DNA of 64,000 nt, from assembly GCF_018350175.1 (NCBI RefSeq), contig NC_058368.1, forward strand, positions 73,720,001 through 73,784,000. Direction: 5' to 3'. This document shows, in pieces, positions 61,891-64,000 of the stretch. Position 1 is the first letter of the stretch. Each line of letters begins with the position of its first letter. A model generated the notes under the pieces. That model was not told the DNA's origin. It did no database searches and saw only the letters and a program-made list of their open reading frames with translations. This stretch comes from Felis catus (Eukaryota). A program made the position numbers and the translations under genes.

Positions 61891-63289
61891 CTGAAAATAA
61901 AAAAATATAAGGGTATTGCTTCAGCTTGCTTGGTTCCATATTTCAGAATATTAGTGACCAATTTTAGGATGTTGCCTCATTATTACGGGAGAATGGATGG
62001 CATTTGGTTGGGAAGTAGGATTAGGAACCCTGCTACAACAGAATCTAGAGTCTTCTTTTCCTTACCCTGGATCCTACAGGTTGAGTTTCTTAGCTTTGGG
62101 TTATGTATCTCAACTTCTTTGTTTCCAGCTGATTTTTTGGGGGGTGGGTGCTGGATTTTACTATTTTTGAGGTAAAATGTGACATTTTGAGATCTGTTCC
62201 TAGGCATCATTACTTTTTCTCTTGAGTATGGATCACATTTTCTTGTTTCTCCCCATGTCTAGGTTCTGTTTTCTTAAGTGCGTGCTGGACATTGTAAACT
62301 ATGTTGCAGATTCCCTAATTAAGGAATCTTCCTCTGCAGAGGTTAATGCGGTTGACCCAAGTGGCGGTTGCCCCAGTGGGCAGTTAAATTATTGGTTTAT
62401 TACATTGAGCTTACATGGGCTTTTTAACTGTGCAAGGATAAGCCTTTTGGTTTTGCACTTAGTCTAGTCTTCGGGTTTTATTCTTGAGGCATGGCCCTTC
62501 TTCCACAAAAAGCCTGAGTTTTTGAGATTCACAAAACCCTCTCTAATTTTCAGGAATTCAAATCTAAAGCTGTGTCTTCTCTGGTGAGTAGGGGCTGAAA
62601 TGTATGATCAGCTCTTTCTCTCTGCTTTCCTCTTTGGAGTCTTCCTTGCACCCGAGCTACTCAGGGGCCAGCCAATGATTTAGGGGAGATTACATGCAAT
62701 TGGGGAATGTCCTTATATCTTCTTCTGGGATTTCTCCCCCAAGTTGTAGCTTCTCTGACAATTCGACACATTTTGCTTCGACATCTCAAGTATGTGTGGA
62801 TTTCTGCTTTAATTCCACCACCGCATGCTGCATGGACTGATGGCTACCTTGAGGGGAAGAGCTTTGCAATCACAGATCTCACTCAGAGTGGTTCTCTTTT
62901 ATCAAGGATCAAATACCTTCCAGTTTCGTCCTGCCTTTGGTGGCTATTCATTACCCTCAAATAGTTCTTTTTAACATTTTTTTGCCAGAATTTATAACTG
63001 ATATCTGTAAGAGGATGAATTCCCCATAAGCCACTTGCCATTACCAGAAACGGTATTCTGTGATTCCATTTATTTAAAAACAGAACAAAATAAACTGCCA
63101 ACTTTGGGGTGGCATGCTTCGGTGGCAAAATATTAATGAAAAGCAAGGATGTGATTACCTTGCAAATCATAAGAGGTAGAGAATAGTGGTTGGGAGAACC
63201 CACAAAAGGGCTCTTCTGTGCTGGTGATGTTGTATTTCTTAACCTGAACAGTAGTTTATGAATGTTCACCACTGAGTTGTGGTAGACTG

Positions 63290-63448
63290 GACACTAATTC
63301 TGTCATGAGAGCTCACCCTCCACCTAGGACCTCATTTAAACTGAATTACCTCACGAAGGACCCCCTCCAAATATCATCACATTGGGGGTTAGGGCTTCAA
63401 CATATGAGTGTAGGGGGGGGTGGAGACAAAAACTTAAATTCCATAACC
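63290..63448 (-). mobile_element. MLT1A-like LTR fragment
   Basis: ACCTCATTTAAACTGAATTACCTC...CACATTGGGGTTAGGGCTTCAACATATGA, homologous to 20420-20510. Confidence 0.75.
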
Positions 63449-63449
63449 C

Positions 63450-64000
63450 AAAGGCATAGACTGGTGAAAGGAAAAGAATGGAAGATATATCATACTACCT
63501 TGTGTAAGAAAGCTGGTGTGGCTCTATTAATATCATCTAAACTAAACTTAAGAAAAGGAGTCATATTATCAATAAAGGAAATATTGCATAACGGTGAAGA
63601 TTTTATTTGTTCTGGAGATGTAACAATCCTGAATGTATATACATCTACTAACAGCAGTTCAAAACATATGAGATAAATATAAAATGAAAGGAAGAAATAC
63701 AGAATCACACCTGGTAATTTTTAATATCTCTCTCAGTAATTAATTAATAGAACATGCAGCTAAAAATTAAGATTATAGAAGATTTGAGTAATATTATCAA
63801 CCACATTCACCTAATTGGCACTTTAAAATACTGGACCTGATAACAGCATAACACACATTTTTATTTCCTAGTGCATATGGAACGGTTACTAAGATCAGAT
63901 AACAGGACAAAAGATGTGTCAGTAAATATGAAAGATGAAATCCTCTGTAGTATGTCATCTAACCACAGGATAATGCCCATAAGAGAGCTAGAAAATTTCA
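63450..64000 (+). mobile_element. Degenerate L1 ORF2 endonuclease-region fragment (runs off window)
   Basis: Peptide HRLVKGKEWKIY...KKAGVALLISSK...DVTILNVYTS resembles the L1 EN motifs KKAGVAIL and ITILNIYAP; interrupted by stops. Confidence 0.85.

Noticed and set aside
63305..63676. 123-aa ORF with endonuclease-like motifs as a possible gene
   Set aside because: Chance fusion of an MLT1 fragment and a decayed L1 ORF2 piece, with stops downstream.

Overview
This is mammalian genomic DNA from a felid: it carries about 23 feline-type carnivore tRNA-derived SINEs (SINEC_Fc-like). It contains one complete protein-coding gene on the minus strand, SLC10A2 (ASBT/IBAT, the ileal apical sodium/bile acid cotransporter). 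I assembled six coding exons by hand: 53827-53451, 46284-46166, 41862-41774, 40846-40671, 38676-38519 and 35615-35488. Their lengths are 377+119+89+176+158+128 = 1047 nt, giving 348 aa plus stop, and all introns are GT-AG. A 3'UTR of about 2 kb probably ends near an AATAAA at 33518-33523, and an HNF1/CDX/GATA-rich promoter lies at about 53980-54170. The rest (1-33 kb and 55-64 kb) is non-coding DNA with SINEs, MLT1 LTRs, L1/L2/MIR relics, a MER5A-like element and microsatellites. Apart from pieces of SLC10A2 exons and one decayed L1 ORF2 fragment, the ORF-track entries look spurious. I found no evidence of a new multi-gene system. The most interesting observations are local. The canonical N10 glycosylation sequon is lost while other N-terminal sequons are present. 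An out-of-frame uORF overlaps the start codon. An old duplicated segment of about 225 bp sits in introns 3 and 4. Inverted SINEs flank the skippable exon 2, and a near-perfect RFX X-box abuts a T41 tract upstream. Comparisons with human or rodent ASBT and repeat subfamily names come from recall, not from database searches.
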